Assembly (NCBI GenBank): GCA_964016885.1
Contig: OZ024742.1
Location: 160,456,001-160,520,000, forward strand
Direction of reading: 5' to 3'
DNA from: Eledone cirrhosa
Lineage: Eukaryota
DNA length: 64,000 nucleotides
The notes under the pieces are model-generated. The model did not search any database and was not told where the DNA came from. It saw only the letters and a list, made by a program, of their open reading frames with translations. The position numbers and the translations under genes were made by a program. How positions within the stretch are numbered: position 1 is the first letter of the stretch; each line of letters starts with the position of its first letter. Shown here piece by piece: positions 42,888 through 58,749 of this stretch.

Positions 42888-44048
42888 ATAAGTATGTATA
42901 CGTACATACATATATGTATACAGACGTACAGTAGTATGTACATATATATACATACATGCACACATATATATATGTACGTATGGATTCACCAAACATTCAT
43001 TACAATGCTCGATGTGTTTGTAAACAAACATCCCGTATTAAGCCGTAGTGTCTAGCAACCACCGTTGCTCGTTTGTTCAACACTGACAAAGGAAAGCTGT
43101 ACTAGTTTCAAGCTTATTAGCTATCGTCAGCAACGTATACCTTCCTGCCAGATGGTTGAACGTCCGAAAGTATATACTTTCCTTATGCATATTAACGGCT
43201 GTGCAGCCTAATTTGCATATCGAGTGAGTTAATCGGCCGGGGGCACCGAAAACGATAAACGGAAAAAATGAAACGAAATTTCATTTCTCACTCTCACTCT
43301 CACTCTTAGAACGGCTGTTACTTAAATATAAGTATGTATACGTACATACATATATGTATACAGACGTACAGTAGTATGTATATATATATACATAGATGCA
43401 CGCATATATATATGTACGTATGGATTCACCGAACATTTATTATAATGCCCGGTGTGTTTGTAAACAAACATCACGAATTAAGCTGTACAGTGTCTAGCAA
43501 CCATCGTTGCTCATAGTTGCTCAATCTATACGTACATATATATATGCGTGCATGTATGTATATATATATACATACTACTGTACGTCTGTATACATATATG
43601 TATGTACGTATACATACTTATATTTAAGTAACAGCCGTACTAAGAGTGGGAAATGGAATTTTGTTTCATTTATTCCGTTTATCGTTCTCGGCGCGCCCGG
43701 CCGATTAACTCACTCGATATGCAAATTAGGCTGCTCAGCCGTTAATATGCATAAGGAAAGTATATACTTTCAGACGTTCAATCATCTGGCAGGAAGTTAT
43801 ACATTGTTGACGATAACTAATAAGCTTGAAACTAGTACAGCGTTCCTTTGTCAGTGTTGAACAAATGAGCAACGATGGTTGCTAGACACTGTACGGCTTA
43901 ATTCGGGTTGTTTGTTTACAAACACACCGGGCATTATAATAAATGTTCGGTGAATCCATACGTACATATATATATGCGTGCATATATGTATATATACATA
44001 CACATACTACTGTACGTCTGTATACATATATGTATGTACGTATAGATA

Positions 44049-44086
<38 letters not shown>

Positions 44087-44272
44087 GAAAAAATGAAATT
44101 TCATTTCTCACTCTTAGTACGGCTGATACTTAAATATAAGTATGTATACGTACATAAATATATGTATACAGATTTACAGTAGTATGTATACACATACATA
44201 CATGCACACATATATATATGTACGTATGGGTTACCGAAAATGTATTATAATGTTCGGTTTGTTTGTAAACAA
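42888..44272. mobile_element. Tandem and inverted array of the ~420-440-bp HHR repeat
   Basis: agtatgtatacgtacataca starts at 42891 and 43331. An inverted block spans ~43528-44050, and the original orientation resumes at ~44088. Confidence 0.9.
43094..43136 (-). ncRNA. Hammerhead ribozyme, intact core (retrozyme-like family)
   Basis: Minus strand: acgttg-CTGACGA-tagctaataagctt-GAAA-ctag-TA-cagctt. A mutated + strand copy (TTGACGA) lies at 43801-43843. Confidence 0.85.
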
Positions 44273-44287
44273 TATATATATACATAT

Positions 44288-44602
44288 ATATATGTATATA
44301 CAGATATTGCAATAGCCTGGGGTTCAAGAGCCCTCAACTCTTCAACAAGCTGTCGAGGGATCTGAGAGATCTGCATGGTGTGGATGTGGATGTTTTCAAG
44401 AAACATCTCGACACCTTGCTATCCAGGATCCCGGATGAGCCCACAGCAAGGCAGGAGGGAAACCGAAGGGCAGCAACAACGAACTCCCTCTTGCACCAGT
44501 GGCCAACCAATTCAGGCTGGAGATAAAATGTTTAGCAACAAGGGGGGTGCCCCAGCATGGTCTCAGCTGGATAGCTGAAACAGATAAAAGAGTAAAAGAG
44601 TA
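44288..44602 (+). mobile_element. 3' end of a CR1/L2-like LINE
   Basis: Translation NSLGFKSPQLFNKLSRDLRDLHGVDVDVFKKHLDTLLSRIPDEP..RAATTNSLLHQ* is typical of an ORF2 C-terminus. It is followed by a short UTR and an (aaagagta) tail. Confidence 0.75.
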
Positions 44603-44614
44603 ACATATATTTAA

Positions 44615-44649
<35 letters not shown>

Positions 44650-45725
44650 ACTATCACATGAAGACATTTATAAACACTGGGGTTGTGTCTCCCATGCTTC
44701 AGGTTCGTGAGTTCGAAGTAGGACATCTATGCATGTAATCTTGTCCTGAACGCCCATTCTTGTCGTGAACGCCCATTCTTGTCCTGAACGCCCATTTTAG
44801 ATTAATTACACGTACAGTTTGAATTAAATGTACAGTTAGAATTATATTCACAGTTTGCACAACTTATGTGTTTTCAATTGCTCTCATAAAATTTGAGCCG
44901 ATTTGAGACTATGTCTTATGGTAAAACTCATTTGTCTAAGAGTCCACGGTGGGATCTAACTCGACTCGACTCCTTATAATTACATGGTGAACCTCTTTGC
45001 GGTAGCTGAACACTGAATACTTCAAACACACATACACACACACTCACACACAAACACACACACGCACACACACACACACATACACTGACATACACACACA
45101 TACACACACGCACTGTCAAACACAAACACATTTTCAAACACACACACAGGCACGCACACACAGATATATGCTGAATGGTATACATAAATTTATCAGCATA
45201 TATGAATAGATGTGTATATGGATGGATGTGTTTGATCGTGTTGTTGTGGTTCTGTGCGCGTATTTACGTGCGTGAATAGATATATTCATTATATAAAATT
45301 CATGTTATTAACGCAATGACGTTCTTACTTTATGTAAAAATATATGTTTTTGTTATGTTTCTAACTTTTATGTGTGTCTCTAGCAATACATATGTTTCCA
45401 TATTGCATGTTTTAGTACGAAAATTAACCAGGAAGGTATTTTTGGTATCGGCATGCATCTCATAGAAATTGCACTTGAGAAACTTGAGGATAATTCTTCA
45501 ATGTGATAACGAGAAAGTAAGAATAATATATAGACATAGTTTTATGTTCGGTGCAGTATTTTGTTATGTGTGATGTAGTAAAACAGTTGTTGACTTGCTA
45601 ACAAATTAATTGGGCTTACTCACTAGTCTGAACAAGAAGATTTTAGATTCTGATGTTTTATTTGTTCTTCTTTTTTTGTTTTTATAATGGGAGTTCTGAA
45701 GGGCTTTCTTCTTTTTTGTTTGTTC

Positions 45726-45779
<54 letters not shown>

Positions 45780-45786
45780 GTTGTTC

Positions 45787-45840
<54 letters not shown>

Positions 45841-46738
45841 TTATCACTACCGCTGTGGCATGTCTGTTCTTAGTTTTCAGATCAGAAGTACCACTTCTAT
45901 TATATATCTTAGTAGAGACTATTTAACTTCTTCACAATAACATCTCTGTAGATAATTTGTACGTTTGGAATTCTTCGTTTGATTTCCTTTCTTTTGATCA
46001 TTGTCGTTTTAGTGTTCCATGTCCTGACATTATCAGTACAACGCGATGCAGAAGTAATACACCGTGTATTCCACAGATGGTTTTCTTACTTCCTCGTCTA
46101 CTGATCATCTCGTTTGAAACGACTTAAAGCCTAACAATATTTTTCTTTCAATCGTCTGTTTTCCTTATGTTTGCTGAAGGTGTAATCTTCTTAAGGTTAT
46201 TTTGATACTAGGGGAAAGTTTTAGTAGGGATAAGAAACGCAACATAAAACATAACGTAACTATGAGACAAATAAGCTGTGCAGCTGAGAGGTCCACCTAA
46301 GTTTATGTATGTATCTAGTGAAATGGGTCATCGAAGTCCTGTTATGTACGCAATTAATTATATGTTCTACACCTAACTGTGTTTATATAACACACACCAA
46401 AGTCTCCGAGCTTTAATCATATCTTTAACAAATGATTTATGCATACGCACCTTGTAAACTGGAACACCCCCACCTTCCCGCAAAGGCAAGATTTCATCCC
46501 TTGAAGGGAAAAGACATCCACACACCTATATCTCTAATAAGCCTTGATGAACCAGCATGATTCCTCCTCCTCCTCCTATTCCTCTCACCCCCTCCTCCTT
46601 ATTATCAACCTCATCCCCTAGCCCCTGCTCCTTGTCGTCATATTCCCCTTCCCCCCTCGCCAACCCTTCCTAGTAGTAATAAGAATAGTAGGAAGAGGAC
46701 GGGAAGAAGGAGGTGTGAGGCGGAGGAGGGGTTGCTGA

Positions 46739-47190
46739 TCATCTCCACACCACAACGGTGACGTCGTCGGCATATGCTGACACGGATCTCCCATATCCTA
46801 GTTCGCGCGTGATGGCCCTCAACGTCTCTAATTTGTGTAGAAATGGCTCGAGAGCCAATACATACAAAAGGGGACAACCTTGATAGACCGAGAGCATGAT
46901 ATTGAACGGTTCTCTAGCTACAGAGCAAATGTCGCTATGCATTGCAGAGATTCAGCCCTTGAAAACGAGCCCGTAGCCGGCTGCTTTGAGGACTGCTGCG
47001 AAGTAACGATGGTCGACCCTATCAAAAGCCTTTGAGTGATCCAATTTTATCAGGGCTCCACTCGTGCCAGGTTTCTTAACCACCCTGTCTATGAAGTATT
47101 GCATGAGATGGAGGGTGTTGTGGATGGACCTGTCCGGAGTGACGCATGTTTGTGCCTCCTCTACCTGACCACTGACGACAAGGATCATAT
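46739..47190 (-). pseudogene. L1/Tx1-like LINE reverse transcriptase fragment
   Basis: QTCVTPDRSIHN..LDHSKAFDRVDH..QGCPL..LALEPFL..SAYADDVT, spread over shifted frames. Confidence 0.88.
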
Positions 47191-48131
47191 CTGATCCTAA
47201 TCTGATCTGAGCCAAGTATCCATGTCTATCTGACTAAGAGGGTCTAAGTAACTAAATTTATAATTTATCTTCATAATTTACGTCATCCATATTATTTTTA
47301 ATTAAATCGTGGAAGTAGTCTGTGCAATCGCTGTAAAACAAAATTTTAGTTACAACCAACCCTTTCGTTACCCTGTTTTTATTGAAAAACTCTGCCTATG
47401 ATTGTCTTGAAAATAATAGTTATTTTACAATTGATTAGTAAAATAACTAATTTTCTCATTATCAAACTGGGGTTTGGAGCATGATTTGATAAATATTCTT
47501 GCATAAAATCATGATCGTAGGTTTAAAAAAAATTGTTTTGTATTGTAGAATAAGGGTAGTTTCAAGGGGTTTGGTATAAGAAGGGTTAAAATTCTACCAA
47601 TATTGATTGAATCTTTGTCTTACTGAAGGTCAATATAGTCCGCACAAATATCTGGGCCTTATTAACCAATGGCCGGGCCACTAGACTTTCAGATAACAGT
47701 CAGTAAAAGTGCCCTAGAAAAAGATTTGATGGGCTCTTTGTTGAAGTACAGCACTTAGGTTGTAATCTAGTCAGCCGTATGAATAATATTGCCCTGGCCA
47801 ATTTGTGGTGTGCTTTTGTCCTACTTCAGCCTGATTCAGCTCTGATGGTGAAGATCAAGGATAAAAGGTATTTCAGTCATAACCTTTCCGCTTTATATTC
47901 ATACTTTGTGTATCTAGGACTGTTAGTATCCATTGTGTACATCTTGTTGAGTTAAAGTGTAGTTTAAGTGAAATTTGGTTGCTAATTCTAGCCAGTAAAG
48001 CAACCGCGTGAAAGTTAACTCGTTAGCTCAGTAATATTGTTGGCTTCTGCAGTTTGCTAGAGGTAAAGTTCCTGTGTAGTAAGTTCAAGTCCTGGTTTTG
48101 ATTTACCAGTTAACGATATTATAAATCTGTA

Positions 48132-48280
48132 GCAAAGGGACGGGCAACGTTTTTCAAGCAACGGGCCGCATAGGATGTGGCTCATTATAAGGCGGGCCGC
48201 AATACTAACAAATTCAAGGCAATTTTGAAATTAGGTGTGCCGTTCAGAAAGCCAAACGAGCTGCAGCTTGCCCATCACTG
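48132..48280. mobile_element. Possible degenerate hAT MITE
   Basis: caaagggacgggcaac ... ttgcccatcactg ends and internal cgggccgca motifs; no clean TSD. Confidence 0.4.
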
Positions 48281-48461
48281 CTCTGGCATCTAACACCAAT
48301 GTGAGTTACATTAAAACCTTCCAGCATTTAATCATTTTATCACTTACAGCACCATTTTCAGACTTTAACATGCCAGCATACAAACAACACACTGTTTCAT
48401 CTCAGACTTAGTTTCCTCAGCGAAATATTACGAACTAATTAAACAACTCCAAGATAATATT

Positions 48462-48675
48462 TGTTTCTGATTTAGGCACAAGGCGAATAATTTTTTGGGA
48501 GGGCAAAGTCGATTAAATCAACCCAGTGCATTACTGGTACTTTATTTTATCGACTCCGTAAGGATGAAAGGCAAAGCTAAACTCAGCATGATTTGAACAT
48601 AGATCGTAAAGGGGCGTGCCCTTATGCGATAAAGTATGTTGACCGACGCTTTACTGATACTGCCAATCCACCGCC
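48462..48675 (-). mobile_element. tRNA-derived SINE, family 1
   Basis: Same conserved central domain and head as the other copies. Confidence 0.8.
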
Positions 48676-50937
48676 CTTCTCCAATGTAATATTCCGATAA
48701 CTTTGTTATCGTTATTTTAAATATTTAATGTCCTATTAGCATTGCTGTAGCCCTCTGAATAGTACAATATTTTCAAGCCTCTATTTCTGTACCCAACATG
48801 TTTGAATGTATTCATGGAATCAGTATTATGTTTATGAAGAATTTATCTAATTATAGCAAAACTATCAATTCTTTCAAACTGAGAATAAGTAAATGAGATA
48901 TAAAATGTATTAGTGTTGGATCCTCTGCAGTTGTTTTTCCAACAATAGTTGCTGACAGCACGCTGACGAACAGCATTACATGGTATTTCATAAATGTATT
49001 CAAGAAATACGAGAACTGGTAGCGAATCGTCAGAGTCATAATAACATTAGATATAATGCTTTTTGTATTCGTTTCGGCTCTCTGTGCTCAACTCCCATAG
49101 ATCTCAATTTTGCCTTTCATTTAATGTACTGTGTAATTGCTGGCCCTGTGCCTAAAGTAGAAACAATTATTTAGAGGTCGATAAAAATAGCACTAATCCA
49201 ATACTGAGGTCGATTTTTCCTTTATATCTTTTTCTTATTTCTTTATCACTTCCTATCTTTCTCTGGAAGAAATGAGCTGTGTTCAGACATAATGAGGAAT
49301 TGGGCCCTTCCAAGATACAATACGCCCTATGTTACTACAACAGCCGTATGGCAAGGAATTATAATTCTATATATACATTATGGAAATAAGAATAATTATT
49401 TAGTGATAGTGATAGTTTTTAACATTGTTTGCATCACACTATTTTTGTTTACCGATGATAGATCCTCCACCAGTTTCAACGATGAGCATTTAGTTGTTGG
49501 ATCAACAGAAATATCGAACTCCTGAATTAATGTGCAAGTGGTTGAATATTCCACAGAAACATGTACACTTAACGTAATTTCCAAGCCGAATCCAAGCGTG
49601 ACATAGTATATAATAATGCTGAACATTTGAATTATAGGAACAAGTGATCCAAGGGGCTTAAATACAGTTTCTGTCTACTCTATAAAGGTTATAAAGCACG
49701 TCCAAGATGCCAAGCATTGGGATTGAACCCAAGATCTCATGATAGTAAAGAGAACATATTATCCACTCAGCCATGTCTGCAAATAACATGCTGATAAACG
49801 GCTTTGAATGGTTTTTAATGAATGTATTCTAGAAATAAGATTATTTATTTACAGGTAGAAGATTTTATAGAGCTTTTAACATTGTTTTCATTACACTATC
49901 CCTTTATTAAAATAATCTTAGTTAATTAATGCTTATTAATGAAGCTGTTGCGCGAATTACTATTTCTGCCCCAAACATCTTTTATTTGTACAGTGCCCGT
50001 GTTGTTACTTTTGTTGTACTTGTCTAAACCTGGGTCATCACTGTTCAAAGAAAATCTTTTCAGATCTCGTGGTCACAGCAACACCTTCTAGATACATCCT
50101 ACCGCTCTAGAAAATGAACCCGTCGAATAATATTTTTAAAGGACGATTGACAAAATCCCAGACCTCATTTGCTAACCAAGTCAAATTGGACCAAGAAAAC
50201 AATGTTTCTATTGCTGATAATATCTGTGGGTCGCAATTCCTGGCGGAAAGAGGAACGTGAAATAAAATGTCTTGCTGAAGGACATAATGCATCACCCGGG
50301 CCGGGAATCGAACTTGCAACTTCACGATTATCTAACCACTAAGCCACGCGCCTTAATAATATAGTCGTGGATTATACAATAGAGATGTTGGATAATGTAG
50401 TCCTAGATTATACATATTTTGAGTTTCGATTGCGCATTGATACTTGCATCCTGTGCTACTCACCAATGCATGCTGTAGTCTTTCATTTAATAAAATCTTT
50501 GATTCTGACCGTTAGCATGATGTTCTTTCATTCAGTATCTAGTATGAATCACTTTTGACTTAACTCTAAGTCCCTTACTGATGTCACACATCCACCACGC
50601 TGCCACTCTATGGTGGAATTTTTTGTCAATGTTATTTACTCCTCTATCAATTAAGATTTAGTCTGGCTCAAACACCTTTTCATGGCTGGCATAGTTGGAT
50701 TCTCGCCAGTATATCTCTCCAGATCAAATGAGCACCCATGCTATTCACCACCAAGTCGTTAATCATATATGAAAAAGTAATCGACATAGATAGATTATAC
50801 AATAGACACGTTGGATAATATGGTCCTAGATTACGTATATATGAACCCATAAGTTCTGATGAAACTGTAAGGATGCCGTTTCTTGGTCATTTTGAACCTG
50901 ACGGAGCCCATCCCCTCTCAAATTTCTTCCAGAGAAG

Positions 50938-51011
<74 letters not shown>

Positions 51012-51727
51012 GGGGGAGAGAGAGAAGAAGAAGAAGAAGAAGAAGAAGTGAAAAAGAAATATAGTGGAAGAATCGTCTCCAATCCTGGACTGATACTTTT
51101 TTTAGCGACCTCGAAGAGACGAAAGGCAGAGTTGACCTCGGCGGCATTTGAAATCATAGAATGAAGAGAGCCGGAACGAACACCTCAAAACATCCTATCC
51201 GACCTTCTAACGACTCTGTCAACTCGCCCCTGAGTCAGAGATTATACAATCATTGAACAAATATGTGATGGACACGGCAAGAATTCCGATCAGTGCTGGC
51301 CTGGGTTCAGAAAGCAAGAACGACAAGAGCAGTGGTAATCTCGCGTTTTCTCAATAGATTTTCATAGCTCCCTGAAAATAACAAAAAATACATAAATTAA
51401 TTAACAGATCAAATCTTTGTATAGTCAATTGAATTCTCCTCCCCGACTACCATTGCATTTTTGGTAAGCTATTTATGCTGTTTCATTCATCTCCGTCTTC
51501 TACAATGACCTCTGCTCCTAGAGGTTGCTGAACTGATGCCACCTCCACTCAGGCATTTCTACCCCAATCATCTTTCCTCCTCTCATCACACATGTTATGT
51601 CCAACCCCACCTCTCATGTCCTACACTAACCTTTATATCGTTATGTTCTTCTGGCCCAGATCATCAACCATCTGGAATTTCATCTATGCTTTTCTTAACT
51701 GAAGAAATGGACTTTATTAATTTAAAC

Positions 51728-53663
51728 AGGGCGATGGATTGGAAGTGTCTGTAGGGCGTCGGACAGCATGCTTTGTGGCATAGAGTTATGGCCCTTTAAA
51801 TTCTGAGTTTAAATCCCGCCGAGGTTAGCTTTGCCTTTCATCCTTACGGGGTTAATAAAATAAAACACCAGTAACGAACTATGGTCGATCTAATCGACTT
51901 TCCTCTCCCCAAAAATTGTTAACTTTGTGCCTAAATCAGAAACCGTTAATTAAAAACAGAATATCAATGGCATTAATCTCTCTTGGAGGACAAATGAAGG
52001 TCATGTTCCCTGCCCCTTCCTAAAGGCCTACCAAGTACACAAAACATATTTTTCACTCCACTCGCCAAAAAACAAAACCTACAGGCTCGTACTCCCTGCA
52101 GGCTCGCTAGGCTTCAGCACATTCAGCCTTATAAATATTACAGTCCTGAGTAGGTTGCACAAGGTATTTAGTCCAACAACACTTACGGTTCAATATAGAG
52201 ACAACGAAAGCAGTATCGACCCAATATTCGACTGATATTTTATTTATCGACCTTGAAAATATGAAAACACGAAGTTTAACTTAAAAAAACAGGGAGCTGG
52301 GACAAATAGTACAACCCATTCTAACAAACATACTTTTATCGACTATGTCAGTTTATCACCTCTACAAACATTTACTATATACAAATAAATAAAGAAGTAA
52401 ATAAGTGTTGATGTTCTCTCTCTTTCATTCACTGCCCCCGACTCTCTCGCTCTCCCCATCTCTCACTATTATAAGTAAATGGGAGCCCACGCACTGGCCG
52501 CCCCACGGCCCCGACGGACAGAATAAAGGTTTCTAATTTAGACATGAGCCAGCAATCTTTTCCAGCAATGGGAAAAATCGATAAAATCGACTCCAGTACA
52601 TGACTTATATTTTATTGTGTCGAACCTGGAAGGATAAAGGTGAAGTTGACGTTGATGAGAATTGAACTCAGAACATAAGCGGCTGTAACTAGTAACTCAA
52701 AGCATTTTATTCGATATCTAAAGTTTCCGCCAATTTTGAAGGTATGACCTATGTATTATTTTATCGATCCCGGAAAGACGAAAATAAAATTAACCACAAC
52801 CACAATGTGATTTGAACTCAGAACCTACCAGAATGTATTTAATCCTACACTCTAACATTTCTACCTATTTGCCGCCCTCTACTACTATATTAATAATTGA
52901 TTGTAATAACTAAAAATAATAACAAAACATACAACAATACTTTCATTATTTGCCGCAATGTTAAGACTTTCATGAATCTAACCATTTAACCTTTGAAACA
53001 ATCCAATGTTTTAGAAAAAATAGACTTATAGAACAGTAAGCAAAATGTCAATGAGTTGCTGAGAAATTAGAAACATTTCTCCTTAGTTTGCCAATACTTT
53101 TAACTCACCTGGTTTACTTCCAAGAACATATCACCTCTACCACATCACCATCCCAACAACAACTACAACAAAACATCTGTCCACTTTTTTTTAGCAGTCC
53201 CTGTTGTTGTTTTGTTGTTGTTGTTGTTGTTGTTGTTCTTCTTCTTCTTCTTCTTTCTTTCTTTCTTTCTTTCTTTAGCATCAATGTATCAACTATCGAT
53301 CTATTTATGCTGTTATTTGCAATCCTTTACGTGGTTATCACCAATAATAATTGTTTCTATTTTTGGCACAAGGCCACCAATTATTCCAGTGCATTACTGG
53401 TACTTTATTTTATCGACCCTGTAGGGATGAAAGGCAAAGTTAACCTTGGTGGGATTTGAACTCAGACCGCAAAGAGCCGTAACTCTTTGCTGCAAAGCAT
53501 AGTGTCCGACTCTACAGATACAGCTAATCCACAATTGTTTCTACTTTAGGCACAAGGCCAGCAATTTGAAGGGGAGGGGGAAAGTTGATTAAATCGACGA
53601 CAGTACATTACAGGTGCTTTATTTATCGACCCCGTAAGGATGAAAGGCAAAGCTAACCTCGAC

Positions 53664-53695
<32 letters not shown>

Positions 53696-54525
53696 TTTCT
53701 TTATTGGCCTCTAGGGCAAAAGCATAAAGGACAATACAAAAACAAGGGCAGTGGGGGTTTACATAAAACGTGAAAAAAAGATGACAGGTTTTAATTAACA
53801 ATAAATTAATAAAAATAAAGTTTGCTCAGGTTTGATGTGGAAATTTATCTCCAGTTTGAACCCTGATCTGTTCTCGTTTCGGGTCCTCTTTATCTCCAGG
53901 ACTGTTTCACTTCCCTCTAGGACGATGCATTCTAGGATCCACCAGATGTCCATATTTGGCAGGATTCCAACAATTCGGATCTTCAGTGTCCTTACTCCCA
54001 TGTAAGAAGGAAACATTATAAATTGGTCCGTTTTACAGGAACCACACACTACTCCTTTACAAGGGCTTCTCTTTTGAAGAGCACTGAGATCTCCCAAACT
54101 GCTTGGCCCTTGTGACGTGTTGTATGTCTGGCATCAATCCCTCCAGAGCTGTCTCAACGTGCGATTGTGGGAATAGCTTCAGTTTTTGAACTTGATGCCG
54201 ATACACTTGTAAGTCAATGCTTTTTTTGTTTTGTTTCTGTTGTTGCTAATATCGCAGGTGGAACACTTATGTTGGACCAGGTTCTTTCTACTGTTACAAG
54301 TTTAGCTGCTCTAGCCAAACATTAATTGCTCCTTCTTAAATCAATGTGGAAAGATTATGATATATTGACGCCATGCTTTTGCAGCAAAGAGTTACGGCTC
54401 TTTATGATCTGAGTTCAAATCCCGCCGAAGTTAACTATGCCTTTCATCCTTACGGGGTCGATAAACTAAAGTACCAGTTATACACTGGGATAATTGCTGG
54501 CCTTGTGCCAAAAGTAGAAATAATT
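51728..54525. mobile_element. Region with about six family-1 SINE copies (51728-51945 +, 52525-52875 -, 53350-53662 -, 54365-54525 +)
   Basis: Recurrent conserved SINE domain. Confidence 0.75.
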
Positions 54526-54644
54526 ATATTATTCATCTTAATACCCGGAACAAAAAACGCTACCTTAGACTTAGGGCCAGCTCCTCAGATTGTGCATACG
54601 GTCTCTTTTTGTTCATAATATTTAATTTTATGATATCATATACG

Positions 54645-55320
<676 letters not shown>

Positions 55321-57226
55321 CATTATATGCGTATTCAACAAAACCTGTTGCTCTCTGCATCATGTGCACGCAAGAATACTAGTGAGTATTTCCATTACCT
55401 TCAGTAACATTCCTAGGTTTTTATTTCCTCTCATCGAAACATTTATGTCATAATCACTACCATCCATACTGTTTCAACACGTTACAGATACACACATGGA
55501 ATGGTACAGAATGAAATGGACCTCCTTCGGTTTTTACGATGAGTGTTTCTGTTGTTCAACAAATCGAGATCATAAAAACAGCAGCCAAGTCTCTCTGAAG
55601 TTAAGCCTTGCCATTCTAAGGAAAAATATGAAGATAATATATAAATTCACATTTTATAATGTTTGAAATGAGAAAAATACGGGTTAACTACGTTAGAGAC
55701 ATAGTTCTGTACGATTAGAGTTGAAAGCGCGGGTGGAGGCAGTTGAACTAAAACTGAATTAGCTCAGTTGGAGAAATCATTGTTGTTGTTTGACCTCTGT
55801 CATTTCCAGCTGTTTGAAAAACGGAACAACCTGCTTGTGAAATTAATGTGCAAGTTGCTGAGCATTCCACTGACACGTGTACAAATAATGTAGTCTCTAA
55901 GGACATTCAGTTGTACCTAATGTGTGAAAAGACTAGCCCTTTGAATCGTAGTATAAATCGGTTTTTCCAGCGGAGTAAACTGGAACAACGTGAAATATAG
56001 TGTTTTTCTCAAGGACACAACGTACCCCCGAGAATCGGGCTCACGTTCTTACAATTGTATCTATTAAGCCACCAGCATTCATATCGCTCACACACATAAA
56101 CACACTCACACAAACACAAAAGCTCACAAATGCACCCACACACACTAAACCATCGAAAACTACTACTTCCTTCACTTGCAATCGAGTATAAGTTAGTAGT
56201 ATGTACTGCATTCCTTTGGTTAAGGTTTTCATGTGCCTATGCATTCGTAGTTAGAATCAGGTGCATTCTTGACCCTCTCTTTTTTAATCTAGTGGAGCAT
56301 CTACCTGATTTAGCTAATGTCACATTCGTATCCAGAAATTTTAACGTAGCAATTTGACTTTAATGTGGTTATTGATGCGAAATACAAGATTATAGCGTAT
56401 CGGGTGACATTGAGCTTCACGAGTGCTTTGTGTTACTCGGGAAAAAAGGTAGTACAAATTTCATATGTCGTCTGCATGTCAACGTTAGCTCCGTCTTTCT
56501 CTTCATTATTGTTTGAGGGAGAATTATAATAATTCTCAAAGAAACATAAACTCCAAGATTTTGAACATTTATTTCATCAAGTGGTTCTGTCCAAGGTAGG
56601 CAATGCAATACCGATAAATTCACTGTATCCTTCTTTTGATTAATGCCTTCGCTATTGAAATAGACTTTTCGTTGCGATGGTATTCGAAAACTCTTGTATG
56701 CTGGTACAGTCATTTCTTAAACATGAAGTATAGGTGTAAAAGAAATACTTTTTCAAATGAGTGTTCAGTTCTTTATTTCTTTTGTAAAATTGTTTTAACA
56801 CTCAAGGACTTGGGTAAGTACAGAGTGAGGTGTTTAATATATTCACACCTTTCACCGACACAGAGAATCTATACAGCATGCCAGTACTTAATACTCCTGT
56901 TATCAGGTCTTATATCAGTCCCCCGTCAATATACTTGACAAGCTGCTCATCACTAACATATTTCTATCTACTGAAGATCCTCAAGGAGGTTTGAAACCCT
57001 ATTCACAGGTATTACACACAGTGTTATATTAACTACTGGGATACAGATAGATATTCCTTTAACATCTATCACTCATGTTTCACTCTTGTTTTAAGTGCAT
57101 TTTCAACGTCTGTAAACTGAATTCCTAAAATTCTATAAAACTCTGCACTTTAGTACTTGAGCACTGTCTTCATAAAGAAATATGTATAGCGAAAGATATA
57201 ACTGAAGATTGTAAAAATATACATTC

Positions 57227-57260
<34 letters not shown>

Positions 57261-57302
57261 GGGGGAAGAAAGAGATAGACAGATAAATAAATAGATAGAT
57301 AG

Positions 57303-57357
<55 letters not shown>

Positions 57358-58209
57358 CACATATATATATATGTATACACACACACATATATATATATAC
57401 ATATATACATCCATATATATATATAATACATATATATGTGTGTGTGTGTGTGTGGTGTTTCTGTTGTTTAGAAGACTGCGACAATTGGATTAGAATAAGA
57501 TTTCGCCGTATTTTTTACTAAAGAAAATAGTCTAATAACGGGGCATATATAAGCTTCCTGAGCGGGTAAAAATGGGCATCAGCCCCTATGAACGCATCTG
57601 TCGTCGTTCAGGGGGCTTATATCTCTCGTTATTATACTATTCTATTTAGTAAAAAAATACACCGAAATTCTAATTGAGTTAGGTCCAATAATTAGAGGTC
57701 GTCAGTAAGGACAATAGTCAATAAGATTGATTAAAGGTGCCAAAGCATGGTTCAATGAGGGAAATCAGTATAAGGAAAATAATATGTATATTTACACACA
57801 CACACACGCATAAAATGAGAAACAGACTGATAGGTATGTATATATATATATATCAATACAACAGGAAAATACATTTCTGCTGTATTGATTTCTTCAGAAT
57901 CTATTATTTTTATTCCTTCTATATATGCTCTGTGATATTGTAAAACTACTGTGATTGGAAATTTATCGATTGGATTAAATTCTGAACTGTCATTTACCTA
58001 TCTTGCTGTGGACTATAAAATCACATTTGAGCTATGAATTATACTTTGCTTTATATGGTTGTATTATAAACTCATCTAAGCTATAATTTGTTGGTAATTC
58101 AACAAATATATATATTTATAACTGATTCGAAGCACTCGACAAGTTTTCTGGAGTATAATATCAATGAAACTATATAAATGGAAACTATATTTATAAAACC
58201 ATATTTATA

Positions 58210-58262
58210 CTATTATTTATATTTCAAGGGTACCAACACTTTGGTACGCTCTAATCAGATAA
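58210..58262 (-). ncRNA. Degenerate HHR in an inverted copy of the 1700-2060 pLTR
   Basis: Minus strand: ttat-CTGATTA-gagcgtaccaaagtgttggtaccctt-GAAA-tataaa-TA-atag. Confidence 0.55.
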
Positions 58263-58515
58263 AATACAAAGTTTGTTTTATAAATATTATTGACATATCC
58301 AGGAAGGAGATCTTAACGGTTCAAGTTTTTCCTGGATAGTAAAAGGAAAGAAAGGAAAGAGAAGAAAAGTCAAGTATTTCAAATTATTAAGATGATTATG
58401 CAAATGAGGTTGAGGTATAGGACTGAAAAAAAAACGTTATTTTTAGACGCTAGGTAGATTTAAATAATTATTAGGATATAATAATTATTTAAATCTACCT
58501 AGCGTCTAAAAATAA

Positions 58516-58696
58516 CTGTTTCTACTTTAGGCACAAGGCCAGCAATCACCCAGTGCATTACTGGTACTTTATTTTATCGACCCCGTAAGGATGAAAGGCA
58601 AAGTCAACCTCGGCGGGATTTGAACTCAGATCGTAAAGGGACGTAACTATGCTGGAAAGCATGGCGTCCGACCCTCTACCGATACTGCCAATCCAT
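58516..58696 (-). mobile_element. tRNA-derived SINE, family 1
   Basis: Near-identical to the 36135-36319 copy. Confidence 0.88.
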
Positions 58697-58749
58697 TTTC
58701 TTTCAGCCCTATACGTCTACCTCATTTGCATAATCATCTTAATAATAAT

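Noticed and set aside
48851-48990. Minus-strand peptide MKYHVMLFVSVLSATIVGKTTAEDP resembling a signal peptide
   Set aside because: Short, with no convincing splice donor or further exons, and flanked by SINEs; compatible with chance.
53795-54340. Possible LINE ORF1-like fragment on the minus strand
   Set aside because: No motif I can identify with confidence.
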